Source of the DNA: Deltaproteobacteria bacterium
GTDB taxonomy: Bacteria > Myxococcota_A > UBA9160 > UBA4427
Length of the DNA stretch: 64,000 bases
Direction of reading: 5' to 3'
Assembly: GCA_002709835.1 (NCBI GenBank)
Contig: PAQX01000076.1
Location: 2,985 to 66,984, forward strand
The position numbers and the translations under genes were made by a program. Shown here one piece after another: positions 14,126-24,010 of the stretch. The first letter of the stretch is position 1. Every line of letters begins with the position of its first letter. Under the pieces are notes generated by a model. That model searched no databases and was not told the origin of the DNA. It was given only the letters and a program-made list of their open reading frames with translations.

Positions 14126-14905
14126 TCAGTAGCGGCCCGGGTTGCGACGCGGGATCAACTCCAGGATCGCCTGGAAGCTCGCGCGCCGCTGCTCGACCGA
14201 TCGGGTCGAAGCATCGAAGTACGAGAGGAAGACGCCCCCGTCGAGCATGAGCAGGAGACCGGTCGCGATCGCGTGAGGGTCGTACCCGGGCGGCACGATC
14301 TCGGAGATCGTCTCGGCGAGGGCCCCGCCGAAGCGGTTGTGAAGATCGAAGAGCGAGCGCGTCAGCCACTCGCGAAAGTTCGGGTGCTCCATCGCCCAGC
14401 GGATGAAGCCGTCGACGTCGGTGCGGCGTTGAGCGACGAAGCTCTGATAGAGCTCGACCTGTTCCTGGAGGCGCTTCTCCGGCGGAAGATTCGACTGGTC
14501 GCGGGCGAGGGAGATGCGGAAGGGCTCGCAGAGACGGTTGAAGCACTCGCGGAAGAGCGACTCCTTGTCGCTGAAATGCCAGAAGACCGTCGCGCGGGAG
14601 ACTTCGGCGTGCTCGGCGACCTGCGCGATGGTGGTGTTGTCGTAACCCCGGGTGAGGAAGAGCTCTGAAGCGGCGGCGAGGATCCGCTCCTGGGTCGCGG
14701 CCTTGCCGGTCAAGGGCTCGCTCGGCGCGGCCTCGGGGGCGAGCGCATCTTCGACGGCGACGTTCGAATCATCGGGGGTCAAGGCATGTCTCCTGGGCGG
14801 CGAGGCCACCGGCGACCGCGGGGCGCTCGGGGCAGCTCCGCCGGTAGCTCGGATTCTACCCAGCTCGGAAGTGCCGCGCGCTTCCCGCGGGTTCCGCCGA
14901 ACCAC
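14126..14905 (-). CDS. TetR/AcrR-family transcriptional regulator
   Basis: The HTH region reads ERILAAASELFLTRGYDNTTIAQVAEHAEVSRATVFWHFSDKESLF. The true start may lie downstream of 14905, because the N-terminal roughly 60 aa are low complexity. Confidence 0.8.
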   Translation of the reverse strand: MVRRNPREARGTSELGRIRATGGAAPSAPRSPVASPPRRHALTPDDSNVAVEDALAPEAAPSEPLTGKAATQERILAAASELFLTRGYDNTTIAQVAEHAEVSRATVFWHFSDKESLFRECFNRLCEPFRISLARDQSNLPPEKRLQEQVELYQSFVAQRRTDVDGFIRWAMEHPNFREWLTRSLFDLHNRFGGALAETISEIVPPGYDPHAIATGLLLMLDGGVFLSYFDASTRSVEQRRASFQAILELIPRRNPGRY

Positions 14906-14989
14906 AGAAACACCGAGGACCCGAACGATCGTTCGCGGTCTTCCCGAGGCCCCGCGCTAGCCTGAGCGCGCCCCCGGGAGGCTCCTTGC

Positions 14990-15994
14990 ATGCGAGAATC
15001 GATCTCCTCCACGCCCCCCGCTTCGTCATCGTGCCCTGCCTCAGCCGCGGAGCGCCTCGCTCGACGCGCGCGCGGCGACGCAATCGGACGCGGCGAGGCC
15101 GTCCTGGTCGGCACCGTGGACGGTGTGGTCGAATGGACGGATGGAGCGTGGACCCGCCTGACCGGGTTCCCCCTCGACGAAACACTCGATAAGCCGATCA
15201 CCCATTTCCTCGACCGCGCCGGCCTCGAACGCGAGTTGGTCGAGTTCGTCGCCCACAACTTTCTGGAGGGGCGCTCGTGCACCGTCGCCCTCCCCTTCGA
15301 CACCTTCGACGGCCGCCACATCGACGTCCAGCTCGAAGTCGACCGGTGGCGATACGGCGAAGACGACACGCCCCGGTTCATCGCGGTCGCGCGGGACGTC
15401 ACCGGGGAAGCCGATGGAACGAACACGGCCGAGCGCGGGAAAGCGATCGAACCGCCTTCGAGACACACCGGCGGAGCCACGGCCCTGCTCGAGCCGATCG
15501 TCCTGGCCGCGGCGGATGAAGGCCGTCCCGACCCAAGCACCGTCCGCGCCTTCGACGTCCACCTCGCTCCGGCCGCCGGCCTGCTTGCGACCCCGACCGA
15601 GCCGATTCCGGAAATTCTCGGTGCCCTGCTCCAGGCGAGTCGCGCCGCCACGGACGCGGGCCCGACCTTCATCTCCGTCGTCGCCGGCGCCCTGGAAGCG
15701 GGCCGAAGCCATCACTCCCTCGTCCATCCGATCCCAAGCCGAGGCGTCGCGGCCCGAGCTCGGGACGGATGTTATGTCGAGGTCCACGACACCGCGCCCC
15801 ACCTCGACGCCCAGGCCCTCGCAGCTATTCGAGTCGGCGCACCGGGGCCGAACGCACGTGAGCGGGCGATCGCTCGGGCGCTCTCCCTCGCGGAAGACGC
15901 CGGGCTCGACCTCGACCTCGACAGCACCCCGGGCTGTGGCACCCAGGCGCTCCTGGTCCTCGACCGCGCCGCCCCGGAGGCGGCCCGGCGCTAG
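14990..15994 (+). CDS. PAS-domain protein with a degenerate HATPase-like C-terminal region
   Basis: The PAS-like segment is AVLVGTVDGVVEWTDGAWTRLTGFPLDETLDKPITHFL...RFIAVARDVTGE. The C-terminus (..YVEVHDTAPHLD....AEDAGLDLDLDSTPGCGTQALLVL) resembles a GHKL ATPase fold but lacks clear G1/G2 boxes. No H-box/DHp segment is visible. Confidence 0.55.
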   Translation: MRESISSTPPASSSCPASAAERLARRARGDAIGRGEAVLVGTVDGVVEWTDGAWTRLTGFPLDETLDKPITHFLDRAGLERELVEFVAHNFLEGRSCTVALPFDTFDGRHIDVQLEVDRWRYGEDDTPRFIAVARDVTGEADGTNTAERGKAIEPPSRHTGGATALLEPIVLAAADEGRPDPSTVRAFDVHLAPAAGLLATPTEPIPEILGALLQASRAATDAGPTFISVVAGALEAGRSHHSLVHPIPSRGVAARARDGCYVEVHDTAPHLDAQALAAIRVGAPGPNARERAIARALSLAEDAGLDLDLDSTPGCGTQALLVLDRAAPEAARR

Positions 15995-16797
15995 GCCATG
16001 TACATCCCGCCATTCGCGGCGAAGACCTGACCGGTCGTGTACCCGGAGACCATCGGACAGGCCATTCCGACGACGGTCGCCGCCAACTCGTGCGGCTCCG
16101 CGACCTTGCCGAGCAGGGTCGTCTTCTTCATCGCCTCGATCCCCTGCTCGCCAACCCCCGCGAGCATCGGCGTATTCACCGGCCCCGGCGCGATCGCGTT
16201 CACGCGCACGCGGTAGCCCGAGTACTCGCGCGCCGTCGTTCGCGTCACCGACTCGATGGCGCCCTTGGCGGCGGTGTAGTCGACCTGACCGACGTTGCCA
16301 TTCTGGGCCGAGACGGAGGAGAAGTTCACGATGAAGCGGTTCACGGCGTCGTCGAGCGGCTGGTTGCCATTCTCCTTGAAGAGCGGATGCCAATGCTGGT
16401 TCGCCACTTCGCGCGTGAAGAGGAAGGTGCCGCCGAGATGCACCGACATCACCAGGTTGAAGTCGTCGTAGCTCTTCTTGGTGATCCGGGTGTCGCGGGT
16501 GATGCCCGCGACGTTCACTACGCCATTGATCTGGCCGGTCTCTTCTAGGACCTTGCCGACCGCCGCGACGACGTCGTCCTCCTGAGACACGTTCGCGGCG
16601 ATCGCGATCGGCTTGACCGCGGCGCCTTCCACCTGACCGGCAGCCTCTTCGACGCGCCTCTGATCGAGGTCGACCATCGCGACCTGCGCTCCGTGAAGCG
16701 CGAGAGACTGCGCGACGGCGAAGCCGATGCCCTGAGCGGCACCGGTCACGATGTGGGTTTCTCCGAGGAACGCGTTCTCGCGCAGAATCAGGTCCAT
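15991..16797 (-). CDS. SDR-family oxidoreductase (3-oxoacyl-ACP reductase-like)
   Basis: The internal ATG at 16797 is preceded by AAGGAAGAAAG. Family strings: THIVTGAAQGIG, NVAGI, YTAAKGAIES, NAIAPGPVNTPM. The upstream 29 codons of track ORF 15991..16884 are rejected. Confidence 0.85.
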   Translation of the reverse strand: MDLILRENAFLGETHIVTGAAQGIGFAVAQSLALHGAQVAMVDLDQRRVEEAAGQVEGAAVKPIAIAANVSQEDDVVAAVGKVLEETGQINGVVNVAGITRDTRITKKSYDDFNLVMSVHLGGTFLFTREVANQHWHPLFKENGNQPLDDAVNRFIVNFSSVSAQNGNVGQVDYTAAKGAIESVTRTTAREYSGYRVRVNAIAPGPVNTPMLAGVGEQGIEAMKKTTLLGKVAEPHELAATVVGMACPMVSGYTTGQVFAANGGMYMA

Positions 16798-16834
16798 CTT
16801 TCTTCCTTGGTTCTTTCTACTTGCGGCGACCGGT

Positions 16835-17485
16835 TCAGACGTCGACGCCGATCGGACAGCTGACGCCCGTCCCGCCGAGCCCACAGTAACCGTTGGGGTT
16901 CTTCGCGAGGTACTGCTGGTGGTAGTCCTCTGCGAAATAGTATTCAGGCACGGATTCGACCTCGGTCGTGATCTCGCCGAAGCCCGCCGCCGAGAGCTTC
17001 GCCTGAAACGCCTCGCGCGAGCGCGACGCCAGCTCTTTCTGCTCGTCGTCGTAGTAATAGAGGCCGGACCGGTACTGGGTGCCGACGTCGTTGCCCTGCC
17101 GCATGCCCTGCGTCGGGTCGTGATTCTCCCAGAACACCCGAAGCATCGTTTCGTAGCTCGTGACCTCGGGGTCGAAGATCGCGACCAGTGCTTCGGTGTG
17201 CCCGGTCAACCCGCTGCAAACCTCTTCGTAAGTCGGGTTCGGGGTGAAGCCGTTCACGTAGCCGACGCTCGTGCTGATTACGCCGGGCGCCTCCCAGAAT
17301 TTCCGCTCCGCGCCCCAGAAGCAGCCCATCGCGCACATGATTCGACCCATTCGCTCGAAGGACGCGTCGAGGGGCTCGCCGGTCACGTAGTGGGCCCGCG
17401 GCACGGGCATGCGTGCGTCGCGGCCGGGCAGCGCCTGGTCCGCGGTGATCATCTCTGCCTTCTTTCCGAAACCGAAGAGCGCCAT
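16835..17485 (-). CDS. msrA: Peptide-methionine (S)-S-oxide reductase
   Basis: The active-site string is AMGCFWGAE. Also present: [26 protein letters not shown] and [10 protein letters not shown]. Confidence 0.9.
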   Translation of the reverse strand: MALFGFGKKAEMITADQALPGRDARMPVPRAHYVTGEPLDASFERMGRIMCAMGCFWGAERKFWEAPGVISTSVGYVNGFTPNPTYEEVCSGLTGHTEALVAIFDPEVTSYETMLRVFWENHDPTQGMRQGNDVGTQYRSGLYYYDDEQKELASRSREAFQAKLSAAGFGEITTEVESVPEYYFAEDYHQQYLAKNPNGYCGLGGTGVSCPIGVDV

Positions 17486-17676
17486 CGGACAACCTCCGTA
17501 TCCGCCGGACGGGCGAGCCGGCAGGAGCGCGAAGATAGCCGCCCGGACCCGCGATGGGTGGGCGCGGGGCGGCCCCCGCCGTCCGCACCGTAGGCCGCCG
17601 AAGGGGGGCAGCCCGTGATACGCTGGCCGGCGCTCTGCCGCCGCGGAGCCGTATTCCCCCTGCCGAGAGGATCGCC

Positions 17677-18465
17677 GTGCAGCTCGCGACCTGGAACATC
17701 AACGGCCTCCGGGCCCGACTCGACTACATCAAGCTCTGGCTCGCCGAGCGCGCGCCCGACGTCGTCGGCTTCCAGGAACTCAAAATGGAGGACGACAAGT
17801 TTCCTCACGAGGAGTTCGAAGCGCTCGGCTATCGCTGCGTGACCCACGGACAGAAGAGCTGGAACGGCGTCGCCATTCTCTCGCGCCTGCCGATCGAGCA
17901 CATCGAGTCGGGCCTTCCCGGGCAGGCGGACTTCGGAGCGCGACTGATCCGCGCGCGGGTCGGCGAAGGAGACGCGACCGTCGACTTCACGACGCTCTAC
18001 TGCCCTAATGGGAAGAACCTCGACCACGACGATTACCCGCGGAAGCTGGCCTGGTTCGATGCCCTGAAAGATTGGGCGATGGGATTCGTGGACCCGAGCC
18101 AGTCGGCGATTCTCTGCGGCGACTTCAACATCGTGCCGACCGCCCTCGACACCTGGGACGAAGAGAAGTGGGCCGGGGACATCTTTCATACGGACGAAGA
18201 GCGCGCGCGCCTCGCCGCCGTCGTCGAAACGGGCCTTCGTGACCTGTACCGCGAGCGCGAACCCGAAACCCAGGCCTTCAGCTGGTGGGACTACCGGGGC
18301 GGCGCCTTCCACCGCAAGCACGGCCTGAGAATCGACTTCCTGCTGGGGACCGACGCGGTCGTCTCCCGGCTGAAGGGCGTCGAGATCGACCGGGACTTCC
18401 GCAAGAAGAAGGATGGCATGACGGCGTCGGACCACGCTCCGGTGATCGCGACCCTGACGGACTGA
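17677..18465 (+). CDS. xth: Exodeoxyribonuclease III
   Basis: A GTG at 17677 follows GAGAGGA. Strings: [54 protein letters not shown]. The upstream part of track ORF 17554..18465 is rejected. Confidence 0.85.
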   Translation: MQLATWNINGLRARLDYIKLWLAERAPDVVGFQELKMEDDKFPHEEFEALGYRCVTHGQKSWNGVAILSRLPIEHIESGLPGQADFGARLIRARVGEGDATVDFTTLYCPNGKNLDHDDYPRKLAWFDALKDWAMGFVDPSQSAILCGDFNIVPTALDTWDEEKWAGDIFHTDEERARLAAVVETGLRDLYREREPETQAFSWWDYRGGAFHRKHGLRIDFLLGTDAVVSRLKGVEIDRDFRKKKDGMTASDHAPVIATLTD

Positions 18466-18920
18466 GCCGCTAGAACTCGGTCGAACCGAAATTCACCGCG
18501 CAGGCGCCTACGGTCGAAAGGCCGTCGACCGCGGTCCCGGTCCAGGTCGCGGTGCAACCGCGGGCGCTGGCGACGACCCCAGCGGTTCGGTGAGATGAAG
18601 CCCCAGATCTGCGGCGCCTCGTGGAAAGACGCACCGGACTACGCTCCGCCGAGTCGCTTGAGGACTTCGTCCCGCGACTCGACGTCGGCGCCACGACTCA
18701 CGCGGGCGACGCCCATCGCGAGTCGGCTGCAGACCCCGTCGGCATTGTCGACGCCGCGGGCGACCAGCTCTCCGGGGAGCACCTTCTCGAGCACGACGCG
18801 CATCTGATCGGGCCGGACGCTCCCTTGGGACCGGAATCGAGGCGCGGGGTCTCTGAAGAGCCCAGCGCATCTGAATTGACGGCTTTTAGCCGGGCCTCGA
18901 GAGGTGCGCGCGAATCGGGC

Positions 18921-20606
18921 CTATCCCCGGCGTTCGACGAGCGCGTCCCGAATGTCCCGCTTCAGGATCTTGCCCGAGGCGTTCCGCGGGAGCGGCTCTT
19001 CGTAGACCTCGACGATCGTGGGCACCTTGAACTTCGCGACCTTCGACGCGACGAAATCGGTCAACGCGTCGACGTCGATCGACTGGCCCTTCTTGGGCAT
19101 GACCGCGACCGCAACCTCCTCGCCGAGTCGGTCGTGCGGCATTCCGAAGACCGCCGCCTCGTGGACCGCTTCGAACTCGTAGATGACCGCTTCCACCTCG
19201 GCGCAGTAGATGTTTTCGCCGCCGCGCAAGACCATGTCCTTCGCGCGATCCTCGACGAAGACGAAACCTTCTTCATCGATTCGCCCGAGGTCCCCGCTCT
19301 TGAGCCAACCGTCGACGATCGTCTCGGCCGTCGCCTCCGGCTTGTTCCAGTAGCCACGAATCAGGTTGGGGCCGCGGAAGCAGATCTCGCCGACCTCGCC
19401 TCGCGGAACCGGGTTCATGTTCTCGTCGAAGCACTCGACCTGCAGGACCGGCACGGCGCGGCCCGAGCTGCGCGGCTTACGGAGGTAGTCGGCCCCGGCG
19501 TTCTGAGGACCGTAGGCATTCGTCTCGGTCATCCCGTAGCCGAGGCCCGGGCGCGCGTTCTTGAAGCTCTTGTCGACGCGGCCGACCATCTCGGGCGGAG
19601 CCGGCGCACCGCCGCCACCGACCGACGCGAGGCTGGAGGTGTCCCGGTTCGGGAAGTCGGGGCATTCGAGCAGGTCGATCGTCATCGTCGGCACACCGAC
19701 GAACTGGGTCACCCGCTCGCGCTCGACGAGCTCCAGGGCCCTCTCCGGCGTCCACTTGTACATGATCACGAGCTTGAACCCGTTGCTGAAGCACGAGAGC
19801 ATGACCGGCACGAGTCCGGTCACGTGGAAGAGCGGCACGGCCAGGATGAAACAGGTGTCGAAGGGGCTCGGCTCCTTCGGCGGCTGGATCATCGCGCCGA
19901 CGAGCGCACGGCAAGCGAAGGCCCTCAGGCCCGATAGCACCGCCCGATGAGCCGAAACGGCGCCCTTAGGGAACCCGGTCGTCCCCGACGTGTAGAGGAT
20001 CGTCGCATCGTCCTCGGGACCGACCTCGACCTGGGGCATCGTCGCGCCCGCGGTCAGCACTTCGTCGAGTCGATCCACGCCCTCAGGCAGACTGCCGTCG
20101 TGGCGAACGCAGACGGCCTGCATGCCGAAGCGCGCGAGGTTCGGCGCTGCGGTCGTGATTCGCTCGATGTCGGCCATGAGCACCTTGCAGCCGGAATCCT
20201 CGAGGCCGTAGGCCATCTCGTCTTCCTTCCACCAGGCATTCATGCAGACGGCGATCGCACCGACGCTCGTGATCGCGGCGAAGGAGAAGATCCACTCGGG
20301 GTAGTTGCGCATCGCGATGGCGACGCGGTCGCCCTTCTCGACGCCGTACCGGTTGACGAGCAGATCCGCGATCTCGTCGACCCGGTTCATCGTCTCGGCG
20401 AACGTCCACGTCTCGTCTTCGTAGACGAGGAAGGTCTTGTCGCCGTTCAGCCGCGCCGCCGCGAAGACTTCGCGAAGGGAGGAAGGCAGATTCTTCCAGA
20501 CCTTCATGGCCTGCCCGTCCACTTCCGCTTCGGCAATCTCGAAGGGCGAGCCCTCTGCGCTGGTCAGAGCGGCGAGTGCCTGTTCGAAGTTCGGTTGATC
20601 GGCCAT
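18921..20606 (-). CDS. AMP-dependent acyl-CoA synthetase/ligase
   Basis: The internal ATG at 20606 gives MADQPNFEQ... AMP-binding motif: ILYTSGTTGFPKGAV. Also present: GYGMTET, GDLGRIDEEGFVFVEDRAKD and LPRNASGKILKR. Confidence 0.9.
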   Translation of the reverse strand: MADQPNFEQALAALTSAEGSPFEIAEAEVDGQAMKVWKNLPSSLREVFAAARLNGDKTFLVYEDETWTFAETMNRVDEIADLLVNRYGVEKGDRVAIAMRNYPEWIFSFAAITSVGAIAVCMNAWWKEDEMAYGLEDSGCKVLMADIERITTAAPNLARFGMQAVCVRHDGSLPEGVDRLDEVLTAGATMPQVEVGPEDDATILYTSGTTGFPKGAVSAHRAVLSGLRAFACRALVGAMIQPPKEPSPFDTCFILAVPLFHVTGLVPVMLSCFSNGFKLVIMYKWTPERALELVERERVTQFVGVPTMTIDLLECPDFPNRDTSSLASVGGGGAPAPPEMVGRVDKSFKNARPGLGYGMTETNAYGPQNAGADYLRKPRSSGRAVPVLQVECFDENMNPVPRGEVGEICFRGPNLIRGYWNKPEATAETIVDGWLKSGDLGRIDEEGFVFVEDRAKDMVLRGGENIYCAEVEAVIYEFEAVHEAAVFGMPHDRLGEEVAVAVMPKKGQSIDVDALTDFVASKVAKFKVPTIVEVYEEPLPRNASGKILKRDIRDALVERRG

Positions 20607-20878
20607 GGCGACGGGTCCTCGGGTGCACATGTTCGGGCGCGCAGATCCCCTCCCGTGGGGGCGCGCGGCGGCGGAGGGTACCCGAACCACGGCGGCCGGA
20701 TCACTCACCGGACGGCACGCCGGGTCACGACCCGAGCGCGTTTCGGCGCTCGGCCGGCTCCGAGCGGCCTCGAAAACGTCGATTGACGGCGGCCCGGGAT
20801 CTTTCCATGATTACGGCCGAACCTGTTTTTCCGCGCCGACCCCACAGGCGCCGCAGACCCACGAATGGAGGCCGACCC

Positions 20879-22606
20879 ATGGGCGACCAGATGATCCGCG
20901 TCGACATGACGAACCAGACCGCGACCGTCGAGGACTTCCCGGACAAGTGGAAGTACCTGGGGGGCCGGGCTCTCTCCGCACGCATCCTCGTCGAGGAATG
21001 TGACGCCGCCTGTGACCCCCTCGGACCCGACAACATCCTCGTTCTCGCACCCGGCGTCCTCTCGGGAACCGCCGCGCCGACCTCCGGCCGCATGAGCGTG
21101 GGCGGCAAGAGCCCCCTTACGGGCGGGATCAAGGAAGCGAACGCCGGCGGCAACCCCGCCCAGGACATGATGAAGCTCGGCTACCGGGTCATCGTCGTGA
21201 CCGGCCAGCCGGCCGATACCGAAGCGCGGTACGCCCTCGACGTCACGACCGACGGCGTGACCCTGAAGGAAGTCCCGGACTGCAAGGGGATGTGGAACTA
21301 CGCGCTCATCGACCATCTCGCCCAGAGCTATTCCGCGAACGCCTCCTTCGTCTCGATCGGCCCGGCGGGTGAGCGACAGATGAAGGGCGCCTCGGTCTGC
21401 TGCACGGACCAGGACGACGTCCGACGCCCCGCACGCCACGCGGCCCGCGGTGGCCTCGGCGCCGTGATGGGCAGCAAGGGCCTGAAGTACGTCGCCGTCG
21501 ACGCGGGCAAGGCCGGCGTGCGGCACGGCGCCGACAAGAAGGCGTTCATGCAGCTCTGCAAGGGCATGAGCAAGACCTACCTCGATGGGCCGCAACCGAT
21601 GCAGTACGGCACGAGCCCGAGCGTCGACATGGCACAGATGCTGAACACCTTTCCCTACAAGAACCGCGTCGAGGGCCAGAGCCCTGACGCGGCCACGCTC
21701 ACGGGCACCGGCATCATCGCGAGCTTCGAGGAGCGTGGCGGCGGCATGCACAACTGCATGACCGGCTGCATCGTCTCCTGCTCGAACGTCGTCCACGACG
21801 CCGACGGCAACTACAAGACGAGTGCCCTCGAGTTCGAGACCCTGACCCTGCTCGGCGCCAACTGCGCGGTCGACACCTGGGACAAGGTCGCGGCACTCGA
21901 CCGGCTCTGCGACGAAGTCGGCCTCGACACGATCGAGACCGGGGCCGCCATCGGCATCCTGATGGACTCCGGCGGCATGGAATGGGGAGACAACGTCGCC
22001 ATGGAGAAGCTGATCGCGGAGGTGGCCGAGGGCGGCGACCTCGCCGACGCGATCGGACACGGTGCGGACGCCACTGGCGAGAAGACCGGCCACCATCGCG
22101 TGCCGACCGTCCACGGCCAGGCGATCCCGGCCTGGGATCCGCGCCCGCTCAAGGCGACGGGCGTGACCTACGTGACGAGCGCGATGGGCGCCGACCATAC
22201 GGCCGGACTCGTCGTGAACCCGGGCGCGACGCCGGATCAGCTCGCCCGACTGTCCCAGGAGCAGCAGCACATCAACGCGGCGATCGACGCGTCGGGCTTC
22301 TGCATGTTCCTCATGCCCAACATGGAGCAGATCCGCGAGTTCTATTCCGCCTACTTCGGCGAAGAGATCTCCCGGGAGCAGTTCCTCGACCTGACGTGGC
22401 AATGCCTCCAGGACGAGTGGGACTTCAACAAGCAGGCCGGCTGGACCGCGGCGGACGACAAGATGCCCGAGTGCATGCAGACCGACGCCGTGGGACCGGA
22501 GGGCGCGAAGGTCGTCTTCGACATCGAGGACGACGTCATCCAGGCGACCTACGAGCGCATGATCGAACCGACCGAAGAGGTCTTCGCCAAGGCGGGCGCC
22601 GCCTAG
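20879..22606 (+). CDS. Aldehyde:ferredoxin oxidoreductase (AOR) family, tungsto/molybdopterin + [4Fe-4S]
   Basis: The ATG at 20879 follows GGAGG. N-terminal AOR pattern: IRVDMTNQTATVEDFPDKWKYLGGRALSARIL...GKSPLTGG. Cluster Cys region: HNCMTGCIVSC. Also present: ...LCDEVGLDTIETG...AMGADHT. Confidence 0.85.
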   Translation: MGDQMIRVDMTNQTATVEDFPDKWKYLGGRALSARILVEECDAACDPLGPDNILVLAPGVLSGTAAPTSGRMSVGGKSPLTGGIKEANAGGNPAQDMMKLGYRVIVVTGQPADTEARYALDVTTDGVTLKEVPDCKGMWNYALIDHLAQSYSANASFVSIGPAGERQMKGASVCCTDQDDVRRPARHAARGGLGAVMGSKGLKYVAVDAGKAGVRHGADKKAFMQLCKGMSKTYLDGPQPMQYGTSPSVDMAQMLNTFPYKNRVEGQSPDAATLTGTGIIASFEERGGGMHNCMTGCIVSCSNVVHDADGNYKTSALEFETLTLLGANCAVDTWDKVAALDRLCDEVGLDTIETGAAIGILMDSGGMEWGDNVAMEKLIAEVAEGGDLADAIGHGADATGEKTGHHRVPTVHGQAIPAWDPRPLKATGVTYVTSAMGADHTAGLVVNPGATPDQLARLSQEQQHINAAIDASGFCMFLMPNMEQIREFYSAYFGEEISREQFLDLTWQCLQDEWDFNKQAGWTAADDKMPECMQTDAVGPEGAKVVFDIEDDVIQATYERMIEPTEEVFAKAGAA

Positions 22607-22663
22607 GCACTCCGCACGTTCGACCCACGCGACCCCGGCCACGTTTTCCGTGGCCGGGGTCGC

Positions 22664-23968
22664 TTGTCATCGGGCCCCGCGCCCCAGAGAGAAGCAACCT
22701 TGCCCGAAACCCTCCGGATCACCGACCTCGCCGACCCCGAATACACCGACGCCGCGAAGGCCGGCTTCCAGATGATCGAGCAGATCCCCTTCGACCTCTC
22801 CGTCGACGGCGTGATCGCGGCGGCGCGCGATCAACTCGATCAGGAAGGTGGATCCCCCCTCTTCGAGGACGAGGCCTGGAATGAACGGCTGCGCTTCTAC
22901 ATCGAGTGCGTCGGCGAGGACGCCCACTACACGACGATGGGGCGCTTCAACACGTACAACTCCCTCGTTCGCTATCTCGTCCAGCGCAGCCGCCTCGAAG
23001 CGCTCTACGCGGCGCACCCCGAGATCGACGATCTCGAGATCGAGCGTCCGCTGATCATCGCGGGTCTCCCGCGCTCTGGGACGACCCATCTCCTCAATCT
23101 GATCGGCGCCGACCCCCGTCTGCGCGCCCTGCGACGCTGGGAGTCCCAGGAGCCGATCCCCTCGGCCGCTGCACGAGCGGGAACCGTCGCGGACGATCGG
23201 ATCGCCAACGGTCAGACCGGCCTCGACCAGATCGACCTCGTCATGCCGCTCATGACGAACATGTACGACGTGCCCAATGACGGGATCCACGAAGAGGTGG
23301 ATCTCCAGCACATGTGCCTGTCGTCCCTGCTGATGGCGGCCGGCCAGCCGGTCACGCGCTGGATGGACGCCTACTTCGAAGAGGATCAGCGTCCCCATTA
23401 CGCGTTCCTGAAACGCGCGCTCAAGGCCCTGCAGTTCCTCGAATCGAAGGAGCGCTGGGTCCTGAAGAGTCCGCAGCACCTGGGCTGGCTCCCGGCCCTC
23501 GTCGAGACCTTCCCGGACGCGACCTTCGTCTGCACCCACCGCGACCCCGTCTCGGTCTTCACCTCCTGGATCACGATGACCGTCTACGCAGCGCGCATGT
23601 CCCGCCAGCCGATCGTGTTCGACGAGATCATCCCCCACGCCGAGAAGCTCCAGAAGTACCTGCTCGACGGCGTCGTCCGCGATCGTTCGGTCCTTCCCGA
23701 GGCGCAGACCGAGCACGTCTACTTCCACGAGTTCATGGCGGACGACATGGGGACCCTCGAGCGGATCTACGACCGCGCCGGGCTCGGCATGAGCGACGCC
23801 GCCCGCGCCGAGATCGACCACTACATCGAGACCCATCCGCGAGGCCGCCACGGCAAGGTCGTCTACGATCTGGAGGGCGACTTCGGGATCACCCGCGATG
23901 CCATGTACGAAGTCTTCGAGAACTACATGGACGCGTTCCCGGTCCAGCGCGAGACGCCCAACGCGTGA
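22664..23968 (+). CDS. Sulfotransferase-family protein (paralogue 1 of 3)
   Basis: The PAPS 5'-phosphosulfate-binding-like loop is LIIAGLPRSGTTHLLNLI. RWVLKSPQHL and THRDPV are also present. The C-terminal region is alignable with those of 44909..46108 and 63765..64000. The exact start is uncertain. Confidence 0.8.
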   Translation: MSSGPAPQREATLPETLRITDLADPEYTDAAKAGFQMIEQIPFDLSVDGVIAAARDQLDQEGGSPLFEDEAWNERLRFYIECVGEDAHYTTMGRFNTYNSLVRYLVQRSRLEALYAAHPEIDDLEIERPLIIAGLPRSGTTHLLNLIGADPRLRALRRWESQEPIPSAAARAGTVADDRIANGQTGLDQIDLVMPLMTNMYDVPNDGIHEEVDLQHMCLSSLLMAAGQPVTRWMDAYFEEDQRPHYAFLKRALKALQFLESKERWVLKSPQHLGWLPALVETFPDATFVCTHRDPVSVFTSWITMTVYAARMSRQPIVFDEIIPHAEKLQKYLLDGVVRDRSVLPEAQTEHVYFHEFMADDMGTLERIYDRAGLGMSDAARAEIDHYIETHPRGRHGKVVYDLEGDFGITRDAMYEVFENYMDAFPVQRETPNA

Positions 23969-24010
23969 CCTGCCCCCGGGGCAGCCCGGCACGCCCCAGT
24001 CCTCACGAGT

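Noticed and set aside
18470-18694. 74-aa ORF (-) downstream of xth, with a Cys-containing C-terminus
   Set aside because: It is Ser/Arg/Thr-rich with low third-position GC bias, no ribosome-binding site and no recognisable family. The overlapping 54-codon ORF 18639..18803 in another frame has better coding statistics, and it is reported only as a low-interest finding.
20607-20878. Moco riboswitch upstream of the AOR-family gene
   Set aside because: Only a short CCGAGC-containing string (ggctccgagcggcctcg) is reminiscent of the motif. No convincing multi-stem architecture is visible by eye. It needs an Rfam scan before any claim.
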